Shown here piece by piece: positions 42,257-56,476 of a DNA stretch of 64,000 nucleotides. The DNA is from the human T2T-CHM13v2.0 reference genome, Homo sapiens: NCBI RefSeq assembly GCF_009914755.1, contig NC_060935.1; one strand, given 5' to 3'. The position numbers and the translations under genes are program-made. The notes beneath the pieces were generated by a model that was given only the letters and a program-made list of their open reading frames with translations, was not told where the DNA came from and did not search any database. How positions within the stretch are numbered: the first letter of the stretch is position 1; every line of letters begins with the position of its first letter.

Positions 42257-44783
42257 GGTAGCAAATCTGTCTCGTAAGTAGAGTGAAAACAATGCCCTAC
42301 ATTTGACGTAAATCTTTCCTAATGATAGCTGCACCCACCTTTGTCAAAATCTAAATTCCCTCTATTGTTGTCTGTAAGCACCCTGAGGTGACCTTAACAG
42401 TTAACACACTCTATTGCACCTCTCTGACCTTTTCCTTTCTCTACCACCAACTGTGACTTCCTTGAGAACAGTTTTATCTTAGTCATTGCCATTTACTTAA
42501 TTTTATTATAAAATATCAACAAGGGTAGATATTCTTTAAATGTCTTTTGGATAAATAAGTAAATGAATGAATAGAAACTTGTAAATATTTTCTATATAAT
42601 CAATTCTGGGTTTTGTTTGTTTTAAGAATTACTTGCAAAGACTGACAGTGATCTCCACACTGGTAAAGATACTCAGATTAATTTCTGGAACATAGTACCT
42701 TCTTTTCCAATTCTTAATTTCCTGTAATAGGCTATTTGTAAAGAATAATTTTGAGAAAATAATACAAGTGCTGATATAAGGAGTTAATGTGTTAAGAAAA
42801 TGAAGAAAAGTTATAAGGACTTAAATACTGAAAATTATAAAATAATGTATCAACCCACTCCTTCTTTCTGCAGCTCTGTACCTCTTCATCATTGAGTTCA
42901 CAATCTTCCATAAATGCCCATTTCTTGGAACATCTGTGTAGAGAAAGTTTGTTTTACAAGAAAGATAAAAGATATCATAAAATATAATGAAGTACAGAAA
43001 GAACTAATCTAAGCTTTAATGGTGTTGGACTGCAAATGCCTCAAAGTGGAAAGGATTACAAATATTGGTAAATTTGTGTGTCTTTGATGTTTTAAATAAG
43101 CCAGAAAGTTACTGTGTCATTTTTTATTTGAAAGTGATTTTAAATTCATTCAAATTGTTTCTCTTGTATTACTCATCAGCATACGTACATACATACTTAC
43201 ACAAATATCCATGTGTGTGCATATAAAGATTACAGCTAATTCTCAAACATGCAAGCAAGTTCTGGGGTGCCCAGATAAGATATGGTGAAGTAGCAAATGG
43301 AAATTTATCTCTCAAGCATTTTGAGAGTTCTGCTAATTGAAAGAGACCTATTTACATATTTATTGGGAAAGTCAAATGTGCCAAAATACTGCATTGTATA
43401 CAATATCCAATTCTGTTACGTCGTTGATTTCCCAAAAGTCAATAATTTGGCTTTTGAAGGGTAATTCCATTAGAGAAGATAGCTTAGTTGAAAAGTACTG
43501 GGCCAGCAGTCAAAATTCCCAAGTTTAAGTACAATATTTTTCAATTTCTCACTGTGTGACCTCGGGAATATTATTCATTTTCTGATATATTATACATATT
43601 TTATAGATTCTTAGGTCTAAAACACTTGTTTTTAAAAAAGGATTCTACATGAAGAAATTGTGAATGAAAAGAATAAAAAATAACATAGATCCACATAGCC
43701 AAAGTGGTCTATTTTGATTTATTTGAAGTAGGTTATTGCCTGAGCTCCAAATCATTTAACTTCACATCAATATTATATAATTCTTATAAATTGTGTGTGT
43801 ACATATGCACTTGTGTTTAACTGTTTAGTGCAAGATATACTATCCTTACTCCATATTGGGTCCAGTAATGTTTTCTTAATTCCTTCATGAAAAGTTTGAA
43901 CAAAACTATTTAAAAAAACAGATCATAAAACAATGGCTAAACTAGACACATCTTAAATGATTCATAATTCTCAACCCTACAATTGCCATACCGAATGAAA
44001 TGTTACTTGCATTCTAGAACCATAGAGCACTTGGAGTAAATCCTGATTTTGCAACTTGTGAGTTATGTGATATAAAATGTTATTTAAATATTCTAAATTT
44101 AAGTTTTCTTAACTGTAGAAGAAGGGATAATAAAAGGAAGCTTTTTTTTCTGTGATTCATATGTGTCAAGCATGTTCTAAGTACCTTAAATGTGTTGTCT
44201 AATTTAGTCCTCACAGCAACCTTATGAGTCAGGTTGTATTATTCTTTTTATTTGTTATATGGCTGGGGAAACCTAGAGAAGTGAAAGGGCCACGTTAATG
44301 AAACAAAACAAAAAGGAACTTATTAGGTGAAAGAGGTAGGATTTTGAAATTCTATCAGTCTGATTGCAGAAACACTTCATTATACTATTTCCCTGGCAAG
44401 TTCTAGATGAAATGAAGAAAAGGTATTTTACCTGCAGAGGAAGACATCTGGCACTAATAGCTGATTATCTATTAAAATTTAAAAAAGAAAAAAAATCACT
44501 CCTGTTCCTGCTATTGCTGTTGCTTCTGTTGCTGCTGTTAATACTATGACTATGCCTACTAGCTATGAATCTCCTTTTCTGTCAAGGCATCTATGGATTA
44601 CAACATATTCTTCCATTTGTCTACCTTGTCTTTCTCTTAGAATAAAAATACACTGAACAGTTTCTTTAAAGCTAAAAATAACAAAAGGCTAACAGTGATA
44701 ATTCGTAAAATTTTACTAACTATATCATTGACTAAGAAACACATATCCCAAGCTGCACATCCCTGAAAATTATCACTTGTTCT

Positions 44784-44816
44784 CAAAACTGCAATTGCTT
44801 TTGCACCAACCTAATA
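44784..44816. mobile_element. Half MADE1 / solo Hsmar1 mariner TIR
   Basis: caaaactgcaattgcttttgcaccaacctaa followed by TA. Confidence 0.85.
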
Positions 44817-45029
44817 TTTTAATTGCTTTTAGAATACCATACTGCTGTAAAGGAATTGAGTCCTAATATTCTTATTTGGTTCATTATTAAAAGGCATCTA
44901 TTGCCAAGGTACCTACTGATTCTTGATTAGAATTCACTTTATAATAAAAACTAAAAGAGATTAACATACCCTTACCCTTCACTAATGGAGTGCAGTGGAT
45001 CTATTTTCAGAGAACACAACACATTACCA

Positions 45030-45342
45030 TTTTATTTTATTTTATTTTTATTTTTTTGAGACAGAGTCTCATTCTCTTGCCCAGGCTGGAGTGCAGTGAC
45101 ACAGTCGCAGCTCACTGCAACCTCCTCCCAGGTTCAAAGGATTCTCCTGCCTCAGGCTACCAACTAGGTGGGATTACAAGCATCCACCACCACCACCATG
45201 CCAGGCAAATTTTTGTCTTTTTAGTAGAGACGGGGTTTTACCATATTGGTCAGGCTGGTCTTGAGCTCCTGACCTCAAATGATCCGTCCGCCTCAGCCTC
45301 CCAAAGTGCTGGGATTACATGTGTGAGCCATCGCGCCCAGCG
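45030..45342 (-). mobile_element. AluS (Sx/Sz-like)
   Basis: Reverse Alu with ctgacctcaaatgatcc; TSD cacattac. Confidence 0.92.
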
Positions 45343-46632
45343 ACATCACATTACAGTTCATAAATATGCATGATTCACATACATAGAGAATTCAGTGTCC
45401 TAATATCATTACCTGGCCTAGAAAATTTTGTGTTATGGTATTGGGGACAAACATTTTGCAGAAAAATCTCAACTAGTTTATGTATAGTGCAAAGGTTATA
45501 ACATTTGTTTTATTGGAAACATTTCAGACTGTTATCAATAAATATCTTCAAATTATACTAGAGTGCTATGCTCTTCCTGGAAGGCATGACATTTTGTGGT
45601 GAATTATATTCTTAAATTGGAACTCATCAAGATTTCTTGAACTCCTGCTTACCCTACTCTGTCCATAATTCAAATTCACATTTATACAATCAGGGATAAA
45701 ATGGAGATTTTAAACCACAGGTCTTGTTCACACTTTAAGGTACATTTTTAGTTATTTTATTTTCACACAATGATTTTTTTTGTTGATTTAATTTGTGCCT
45801 CCTAAGACATTCTTTGTAGTAGATACTATACTTTTTCTTCTGTAAATCTTAATTTAAGCAAAAATCTTGATTTTGCTTAATTTCTTTTTTAATTTTTTAA
45901 AATGCAATTTCCTAATGACCATTTATCAGTCAGTTGGAGATGTCGTTTGCATGACTAAAGAGAAAATACAATAACTTTAAAAGCTCTAATTTTCCATAAA
46001 CATTGTTATAAAACTCACATACCCTTTTAGAAGTCAGAAAGCAGCATGTTCCCTATCTGAATTATGTCAATCATAATGCATTCAAATTGCTGTTTTACTT
46101 AGCTTTCATAAAATCTAACAAAGAAAACAAGATTATTTTTAGTCATTCTAGAATTGACAGAAAATAAACAAAAGTACAAGATGTAGTTAAAATTTCAGGG
46201 GAAAAAGAGCATTTAAATATATAGGACTAAAAAGCATTCATATATTTATTGCATAAAGGGCTTTTAAAATCAACAAGATAAATATTAAAATAGGAAAAGA
46301 ATTTGTCTCTATAGCATTTATCACCATTCAATATTGTATATATTTACTTGTTAATTTGTTTTATATCTACTTCTCTTTCTCTACAATGTAAGCTATATAA
46401 GGTCAGAGACTTGTTCTGAGGAGTCTCTAGTATACATATATTCACCCAAAACAATGTGTGACATATGATTATATATTGAATATGTTGGATGAAAAGAGTT
46501 TTTAAAATTTAAATCTCTCCATCACTTACAATGATTGTGACTCTGACTTTATACCTTGCTTTCTTTTTCATGTGTTGGTAATGAAGATAAAGTAAAATAT
46601 ATGCTTATCTTATAAAGATCATTTTTTTCTCT

Positions 46633-46935
46633 CTTTACCTCAGTTTTATGCTATCTGTGCCAGCTTCTGAGTAGAAAACCTCTGAGAGCAGTACTGGTTC
46701 ATCAATGTTAAGGCGGCGGGGGAGGGGAGAGAGAGACAGCGAGTGAGCGAGCGAGCGAGCAAGCATGTACATTATGTTTAATGAGACAATGGTTACCCAG
46801 GAAAGAATTTGTGCCATCTTCTCTGCTCCCAGTAAAAATAGGGCCACAGTCAGTTCGGGTTTTATAAAAGCATTACTAACTACTAATTGCTATCACTCAG
46901 CATGTCAAGTATATAGGCAATGATGTCAAGTATTT
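46633..46935 (-). promoter_or_regulatory. Candidate promoter / first exon in unique sequence
   Basis: CpG cluster; GC box ggcggcgggggagggg; GAGY5 array; YY1-like AAGATGGC; MEF2-like TAAAAATAG; TATAAAA on both strands (~46860-46870); donor-like GAG|GTAAAG at 46639/46638. Confidence 0.45.
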
Positions 46936-48980
46936 CCATCCTTTACCACCTTATTTTTTCCAAACTCTAAGCAATGTCCTTCAAAATTAAACACTGAAAA
47001 CAAAAGAAATTTCTATTCAATAATATTCAAGTTTAATTTCAGCTTTGTTATTTCAAGAACAATTGCATCTATAAATATCGCCTAAGTGTTCACTAAAAGT
47101 CAAGTACTATGTAACATAAAAGAACTAAGAAAGAATAAAACAGATAATTTCTCTCAGCATTTACAGTTTAATTTGAATGTAAACAAATTACTTATGAGTT
47201 TACATTTGAAGCATCTACTCAAATGTACAGTTTGAGAATTAAATGGAGCTCAGTACTCAGGGTGTAAGCTATCACATTAAGAGACTATTAAATGATGTAT
47301 GATATCCTCTCTCTTTGCTACCTTCTTTATCATGACTCACTGTCCTGATTAAGTTAATTGCACTACTGCAACCTAAGCTTTGAGCTCTTAAGATGCTCCC
47401 ATACCACTACATTAAGGACTATTGGTCTTACATGTTTGCTTTGATAATTAGTTTAACATCTCATATCACATTGATGCTAAGATCTTTTTCTATTAAGTTT
47501 GTAAGAAGGGTTGGCAGTAATCTCGAACCTCTGTGTAAGCCTCTACTATACATTTCTTTCTGTCTGATTCTGTGAATACCTGCCACTGTGCTCCAGCTGT
47601 CTGCTAGGTCACCCTGACACATCACCTTGAAAAAATTTCTGTTACCAATTATCATCCATACTTGCAGTCAGACACCACACACTCACACTGATTGCCTCCA
47701 CTCTTAGTACCTGTGTGCTATTCAGCAATAACTACCTCTACATATTCTCCCTCTATACCCATCTACTGTCAACAATTTACCAGGCTCACTATCTCAATAA
47801 TGATTCTCAGCAGTAAAAAGATATACATTTATAAAATGGCAACTGTACTCGTTTGGGGTGTCAATTATTCTGGGGAATCTATTGTAGCATGTGTTATGTT
47901 CACATAAAAGCTATCTTGCTCCAACTGTACATGTTCTTATTACAGAAGATTCATTATTCTCCCATATACTTTCCTTTTAGAAATCTTCAATGGCAGAGGT
48001 ATGCATTTACATAAATGAATGAAAAGAAATACTGAAGAATAGAGAATAACAATGATGCCTTAAACTTTCTATCTCTAGAAACTTTTAAATAAACAAAACT
48101 CAAGCCTTCTTACTTTTTTGAGAAATGGAAGGCATACCCATACAACTGGAAATTCTAACAGACTAGAGCCATTAGTTCACTAATAAATTGATTTATCTTA
48201 CATATCATAAATATCTTCATTTTAGAGTATACTACTAAAAATCAGTAATATCTCATACCTACAAAGTAGGCTTTTGGGATATTATTGATTTTAAAACACA
48301 TTTATATATGAGGTTTTGCTCAAGCACCGGGTTGATTTTAATAATTTTCTTAATATTATCTATTTTTAAAAGAACTGTGTTTTTATACTGCTTGATGAAA
48401 AATATCTATTTTGTTTATCTATTCTGAAATCAAGATAAGACAAACAGATTTTTAATTAAAACAAGTGTTCCCATATCTCTTCCTATTATATATTAGAATT
48501 ATCTGCTGTTCTCTGGAGTGAGGTACAACTTTTCACGGTATACGAAAATGATCATAAGTATTCACTCGCTTGCAAATAGGAGTATTAATCAGTGGACAAT
48601 TTGGTTAAACCATTCACATAACACTTTATTTATTTTTATTTTTCTTGCCCTATCATACTTCTTGTCAACAAGAAGTATGAAAGGAGTATGGAGGAGGGAT
48701 GCATTACATTAAATATTTCCTTTTATCATACTTAGGAAATTTCTGTAAAGTGCACACATTAAAGCAGAGTTGTAGAAATAATCAAAGGAACTATAAATAT
48801 TGTACCAGACTGAAAGAAAGTAGGGAAACATTATAATAGAGTTTTAGGAAAATTACCTTCTTAAACATAAATGGTGGATATGTAATACTGTTGTTTCGAT
48901 GACTAAAAGAAACATAATGAACTTGTTAAAAATGCCTAAACAATGAAACACAGTTTTATTCCCAGAAACGAGAAATTTAG

Positions 48981-49267
48981 TGTTTTGTTTTTTTGAGACG
49001 GATTCTCACTCTGTTGCCCAAGCTGGAGTGCAGTCAATCTCAGCTCACTGCAACCTCTCCCCCGCTGGGTTCAAGCAATTCTCCTGCCTCAGCCTCCCAA
49101 GTAGCTAGGACTATAGGTGCCTGCCACCACGCCCAGCTAATTTCTGTATTTTTAGTAGAGATGGGGTTTCACCATGTTGGCCAGGCTGGTCTCAAGCTCC
49201 TGGCCTCAAGTGATCCATCCACCTCAGCCTCCCGAAGTGCTGAGATTACAGGTCACTATGCCCAGCC
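48981..49267 (-). mobile_element. AluS (Sx-like) with small deletions
   Basis: Reverse Alu; ttggccaggctggtctc...cctcaagtgatcc. Confidence 0.92.
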
Positions 49268-49379
49268 TGGTGTTAATTTTTAAACATGTGGTTCGACTAT
49301 GGATCACTTGGAGCCCCAAAAGCAGAGCTCACTGATGAGCTATGTGAGGATTTCTCATTGGAAATGAAGAAGCTATAAT

Positions 49380-49660
49380 TTCAGTGGGTACACAGTTTCA
49401 ATTAGGCAAGATGAATAAGTTCTGGAGAGCTACCATATAGCAGAGTGACAATAGTTAATAAGAGATTCTATACTTGAAATTTACTAAGAGTAGATCTTAA
49501 ATAATCTCACCACACACATGCACAAAAGATAATTATGTGAAGTGACGAATATGTTTATACTGATTGCAGTAATTATTTTACAATGCATGCATATATCAAA
49601 ATGTCACTTTGTACATCATAAATTCATAAAACTTTTATTTATTATACTTCAATAAAGCTT
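49380..49660 (+). mobile_element. L1MA (9/10-like) 3' end
   Basis: atgaataagttctggaga...tacttgaaatttactaagagtagatctt...ttatacttcaataaagct. Confidence 0.8.
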
Positions 49661-51444
49661 TTGAGAAAGTGACTTCAAAGCAATTTCCATTCAATGGAAA
49701 CTTCCACACTTGAAATACTGAAGGCATTTCCCACATAATCAAGACAAATGTTTTACATAGGGTATTTAAAATATTGTTGTAACAACTTTGTTATTCCCCT
49801 TCACTTTAGTAAACTCTGAAAAAACACATCATGTGGAAGTTTGTACCATAACAAATGTAAATCCTAAATAAGTGATTTTTTAACAGGAAAAAAAAATAAC
49901 TTAAAAATGAAATAAAAATACTGTTTGTTTTTATATAAAATATGACCTAATTTATCTAACTACTTTGATTAACATTTTCTTATATAAAAATCTGTGTGTT
50001 TGTTCATGGGTAGGGAGGTGTGAGTGTGTGTGTGGATGTGTTTGTGTGTGACATACCCATGCCTGAGAAATCCACCTGGTAATTGTTCTTTTTCATTTTG
50101 TGCAAGTCATTGCCTAGAACTTCTGGACAAGTAGGTCCTTAACAGAATGCTGGACTCTCTGCAAAGGGGGAGATTTTTGGCAGACCATGTTTCTCTTTAT
50201 TATATTTCTACTTACTTTTCACATCTACTACACAAGACTTAACAAGATAATCAGACTGTATTGTGTATCTGAGGAAGTTCAAAGCAATGCAAATAATGCA
50301 GAATGCAATGTTAGACTCCTTTGATTGAGAAGTCCTTCCTCATCTCATCCTTGGGAGGTCTTACTGGCCATCTTCCTCTGCTAACCAGCTTCCTGCCATG
50401 TTGTGGGGCTGCTTTTCCATTCCCCACCTCTCTTTTTATGTTTCTTTCTTCTTTTATTGGTCTCTTTGTCTTCCTTTGCTGACTGCCTTTTTATGTCTCA
50501 CTCAAAGTGTGCTTTCTCTCTCTCTTTCTTCCTGTCATTTCTCTCAATCCTTTCTTCTTTTTCTTCTCACATTTTTCCTCCTTGTGTTTATTTACATTCA
50601 CAAGCTCATACTTTCTTTTTCACTCGTCTTCCTCACTAAAAGCAGCCTAAGATGATATTTCTTCTCAATTAAAGGCAAATCCTTCTTAAGAGAAGCTCTG
50701 GTTCCAACTACTAAAATAATTTGTTCACCTCAATGCACAAATAATCATTTTAGATATAAAAAGAGAAAAATTTACACTGGCATGTGGGTAAGATTTCATG
50801 AATATGAAAACAGTGTTTATCATTATTACTTTTAAGGATATCAATACATTTTTGAGGAAAATATATAATTTGAATATCTTAGTACATGTAAAAATGTTAA
50901 GAAGCTTGGAAAGTTATATATTATTATTGAAATCTAGTATGTATAAGTATAGTTATTATTAATGGATTTAAAAAATTAGAAAAAGAGAATTAAAGGTAAA
51001 CCAATGCATTTGCTTCTATATAAACATAGGTGTAAAACAACACAGAAATAAAAAATGTAAAAGATAAAACACAACACTTTATATAGCAATTATCCAGTTT
51101 AAAACTAAAATATAATCAACATAGTTGAAGAATCATTTTATACCTGATAGGTTGCATGTATTATCTGCTGTCTCTCTAAAAGTAATCATCATCCTCAAGA
51201 TATACGCATATGTGGGTGTATATGTATGTAGATATACATATATGTGTATATACATATATATATATTTACATCTCTATCAAATCAGCAATATGCAGTTAGA
51301 CTTTTAAATAAATTATTTCATATTTTAGTTTCTTGCAGATATTCTAAATTTTGATATATTCAATGTAATACTTTATAGATTTTCTTAAACAACTCTCACA
51401 TTTCTGAGATGAATTCAATTTGATCATATTTTATAAATATTCAC

Positions 51445-51490
51445 ATACACACACACACATGCACACACACACACACACCCACACACACAT
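51445..51490. repeat. Interrupted (CA)n microsatellite
   Basis: CA runs. Confidence 0.88.
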
Positions 51491-52335
51491 ATATAATTAA
51501 AGGCATGCAAACAGAGAAAAAGCATTTTTATTCCATTTGTAACTTTTTAAATATTATTGCATCTATTGTCATTAATGATAAATTATACTGGCCTGTAATC
51601 ATAACTTTTTAGGCAGTACTTTTCTGAGTTTTCTGGTATTTCTTTTTTTTGGTATCAAGTCATACTAGTATCATAAAATTAGTAGACAGGATAACTGTGT
51701 TCAACATTTTATGCTATTAAGTTTTTATAAGTTTGGAAGTAACTGTTCCTTGAACATTTGGTAGTGCTTGCATGTAAAATTACTTGTGCCTGTTGTTATT
51801 TATTGCAGACTACTTTAGATACTATTTTTAAATGTACATTTTAGTGTTCAGTGTGTAATATCACAACTAATTCTTGGACATTCCACTGTTCACCCTTTTC
51901 GCCAACAAAAAAAAAAAGTCATACCAATTAGCAATTAGTCCTAATACTCTCTTTTCCCTATCCCCTGACGACTACTAATTTACTTTTTGTCCCTATAGAT
52001 TTGCCTGTCCTGGGATTTCATATAATAAAATGATAGTCTGTGGCCTTTTGTGTCTGGCTTCTTTCACATAACAAAATGTCTTCAAAGTGAAACCGCATTG
52101 TTGCATGTAACAGTATATTATTCCCTTTTATGGCTAAATTATATTCTATCTAAATTATATTCTATTTTATGAATATACCACACTTTGTTTCTCCATTCAT
52201 TAACTGATGAACACTTAAGTTGTTTCCACACTTTGGCTGTTGTGAATAATGCTGCTATGAACATTTTTCTGAGTGAACATACGTTTTCAATTCTCTTAAG
52301 TATATATCTAGGAATGAAGTTGCAGGGTCATATGG

Positions 52336-53073
<738 letters not shown>

Positions 53074-54854
53074 TGTGGTAATTCTATGTTTAACTTTTTG
53101 AGGAACTGCCCGGCCATCTTTCATAGTGGCTTCATGAGTTTAAACTTAACCTCACCAGTAATGAACAAAGGTAACAATTTTTTCACACCCTCACACACTT
53201 ATTTTCCTTGTTTAAAAAAAAATTACAGCCAACTGTTATCTCATTTTGGTTTTGATTTGGATTTTCTTTATAGCTAATTCATAGGGAACCACCAAAGACC
53301 CTAAATAGCCAAAGCAATGTGTTGAATTTGGGAGCTTTGTGCCATTATGTCTTCAAATATCCTGTGTGTCCATTTATCTTTTTTTCTCCTTTTCTTGAAC
53401 CCCTAAGATGGATATGTAGTTACACTTAATGATGTTCCACAGATTTCTGAGTATCTGTCCATTCTTCTTCAGTCTTCTGTTTCTCTGACAGAATAATCTC
53501 AATTAACTGGTCTTCATTCTTTCTTTTGCCCACTTGAATTTGTTGTAGAGGCCCTCTAGTAAATTTGTTATTTCAGCAATTTTTACTTTCAACTTTCAAA
53601 TTATTATTTGGTTGCTTATTATTGCTTTCCCTTTATTAATATTCTCGGTTGGTTGACGCATCCTTCCCACAGTTTCCTTTAGCTCTGTACACATAGTTTA
53701 CTTTACCTCATTGTTCATATTTAAAATAGCTGACTGAAGATACCTGTCTAGAAAATCCAAGATCTGGGCTTCCTCAGCCACGACTTGTATTAATTTCTCT
53801 TATGACCTCTCATTTCCTAGCTTTTCCTCCCAAGTTTTTGGTTAGTCTATTATTTGCCCCAACTATTATCTATCACTTTAGACAACTTTCAGAACTCATA
53901 ATAAATGGATTTATATAGTTTTAGCCCATTTTCCATGTAGGGGTTAGATTTTGAGTTTCTCATTCTGTCATCTCACTGATGTTAATCTAGTACAAACATT
54001 TTTAACTATTGGTTCTATTACTTTGATACTCAAGTATTCTTTTTATTTGTAAATAACTTTTGGTAACTGTTTTTCTTTCCCTCCTCCACCCTGCCCCCTC
54101 TGGGAAATAATTTATTTCTATTTGTTATCAAATGAATTGAAACAAATTAGTTGATTGTTATCTTACCTTATAAAATATTTATTGTTCTTTATATTATGTC
54201 CTCTCTTTCCTTTTGTTTGCAAGATTGATTTTTTTGGAGTCTTTGTTTCCTTTTTGTTTTCCTTCTTTCATTTTTCTATTTTTTTTTTCTTCCTCCTTTG
54301 GTTCCCTATCTTCCCTCTTCCCCACCCCACAGCTTTCTGACACAATTTTAATTTTTTAATTGGTCTTTTCAAAGAACCAGTGTTGGGCTTTGCTAGCTCC
54401 TTCTATTTGGCATTTATTTCTATTTTGTGATTTCTAATTACTGTTGCATTTTTAAATTGTTTATTGTAGTTTATTCTGTTTCTTTTTTGTGTAAGTTTAT
54501 AACTAGTGCACAGTAATTTTTAGTCAGATTTATAATGAACTAATTAAGGATTTGAGGCTATACAATTTAAAAAATCTATGTAGCTTCATTTCACAATGTT
54601 TAACACAAGGTTTTACTTCAAAATTTTATCAGTTATATATATGTATATATATATGTAAATTCATCAGTCATATATATTTATAATTGAACTAATAAATACA
54701 ACAAATTAGCAAATATATTACCATATATGCATGTGTGGGTGTGTTTATATACACACACACACAAGTATATGTTTATTTTCTTTGACAAGTTATTTAAACT
54801 AGGATAATTTTTGTGGTGTATCTAAACATTTTCAGATGTAAGTTATAAATCATA

Positions 54855-55282
54855 CAGTTAAATTTCAAATAACACAAGTTTAAACGGCATGAGTCCATGT
54901 ATACAGAGATTTTCTTACGCCTCTGCCACCCCTAAGACAACAAGCCCAACACCTCCTCTTTCTTTCTTCTCCTCAGCCTACTCAAAACGAAGATGATTAA
55001 GATAAAGACCTTCATGATGATCCATTTACACTTAATAAATAGTAAATGTATTTTCTCTTTCTTACATTTTATTTTCTCTAGCTTACTTTATTGTAAAAAC
55101 AGAGTATATAATACATGTAATATACAAAGTATGTGTTAATCAAACGTTTATGTTATTTGTAGGGCTTCCAATTGACAGTAGGCTATTAGTAAATTAAGTT
55201 TTAAGGAATCAAAAGTTACATGCAGATTTTCAACTCATGAGGACTTGGGACCTCTAATCCTCATATTGTTAAAAACACAATG
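54855..55282 (+). mobile_element. Tigger2a (MER28)-like TcMar DNA transposon relic
   Basis: TA-cagtt start; gcctctgccacccct..gac, ctcagcctactcaa, aagacctt.atgatgatcca, cagtaggctattagta, atcaaaagtta. Confidence 0.85.
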
Positions 55283-56139
55283 GCATTTATCATTCATTTA
55301 ATTATGAATTACTAAAATATTTTGATTCTAGTCTTCTTACATGATCCTATAATGCATATATTTTTCAAATTTCCTTACATTTCCTTAATGAGTTGCCCTA
55401 TGCTTAATTTGTTAACTGTTAATTTAATGCTGTGATAAAGCATTTTCACATTTGTATACACTTTAAAATAGTTATTTAACTAATTGTGAAATAATGCTTA
55501 TCAAAATTTTTGTTATTTATCTGTTTAATTATTGTCTGGTGGAATCATCAATTTTTAATAAAAGGTAGATTAAATTTTTTTCTTACAACGCTTTGTTTTC
55601 AATGTCTTTAAGTTTTGTAAATTTTTGCTTTATATATTTTGAGACTCTTTATTAATTTCTTACAAATTTAGAATATGCATTTTTCCAGATGAAGTTAACA
55701 CATTATTTAATGATTCTCCCCAATCCTATTACTGAAGTTTTGCCTAAAATTATATTTTTAATCTTCAAATAATTGTTTAAACTTTATTTTTATTTGTTTT
55801 CCAGGCATAATTTTTGTATCTATTATTTTACTTTAGAATTTCTGAGCTTCTCTATTTTGTGTAAACTTTTAAGTAAAAAAGGTTAACTTTCTTCAATGTT
55901 TGCATGTGTCTTGTACACATGAAATTTTTCTATTATTTTGATTTTCTTCCTTGTTGTCCTGCTTTCTTTTCATATTTTCTTTATTTTTTTATGCCTATCT
56001 CTTAATTTTCCCAGTAACTCCATTTTATTAACTACTTATTTTCTTGCTTTCAATATCTTCTTCAAATTATTCCTTCTATTTTTAATGGGAACTATTCATT
56101 CTGATTATTATTTGATTACTCTTTAGTTATTAACAAGGA

Positions 56140-56476
<337 letters not shown>

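Noticed and set aside
45854-45880. 10-bp inverted repeat followed by a T-rich run (terminator-like)
   Set aside because: AT-rich stem expected by chance; intrinsic terminators are irrelevant in this eukaryotic context
46700-46770. Endogenous AAV/parvoviral insertion
   Set aside because: No ITR palindromes, terminal resolution site or rep/cap homology nearby
50398-50655. Hydrophobic F/L/S-rich ORFs (also 54155-54340, 55938-56126)
   Set aside because: Products of CT/T-rich low-complexity DNA
52134-52165. 16-bp tandem duplication ctaaattatattctat
   Set aside because: Ordinary small duplication inside old L1; no separate significance
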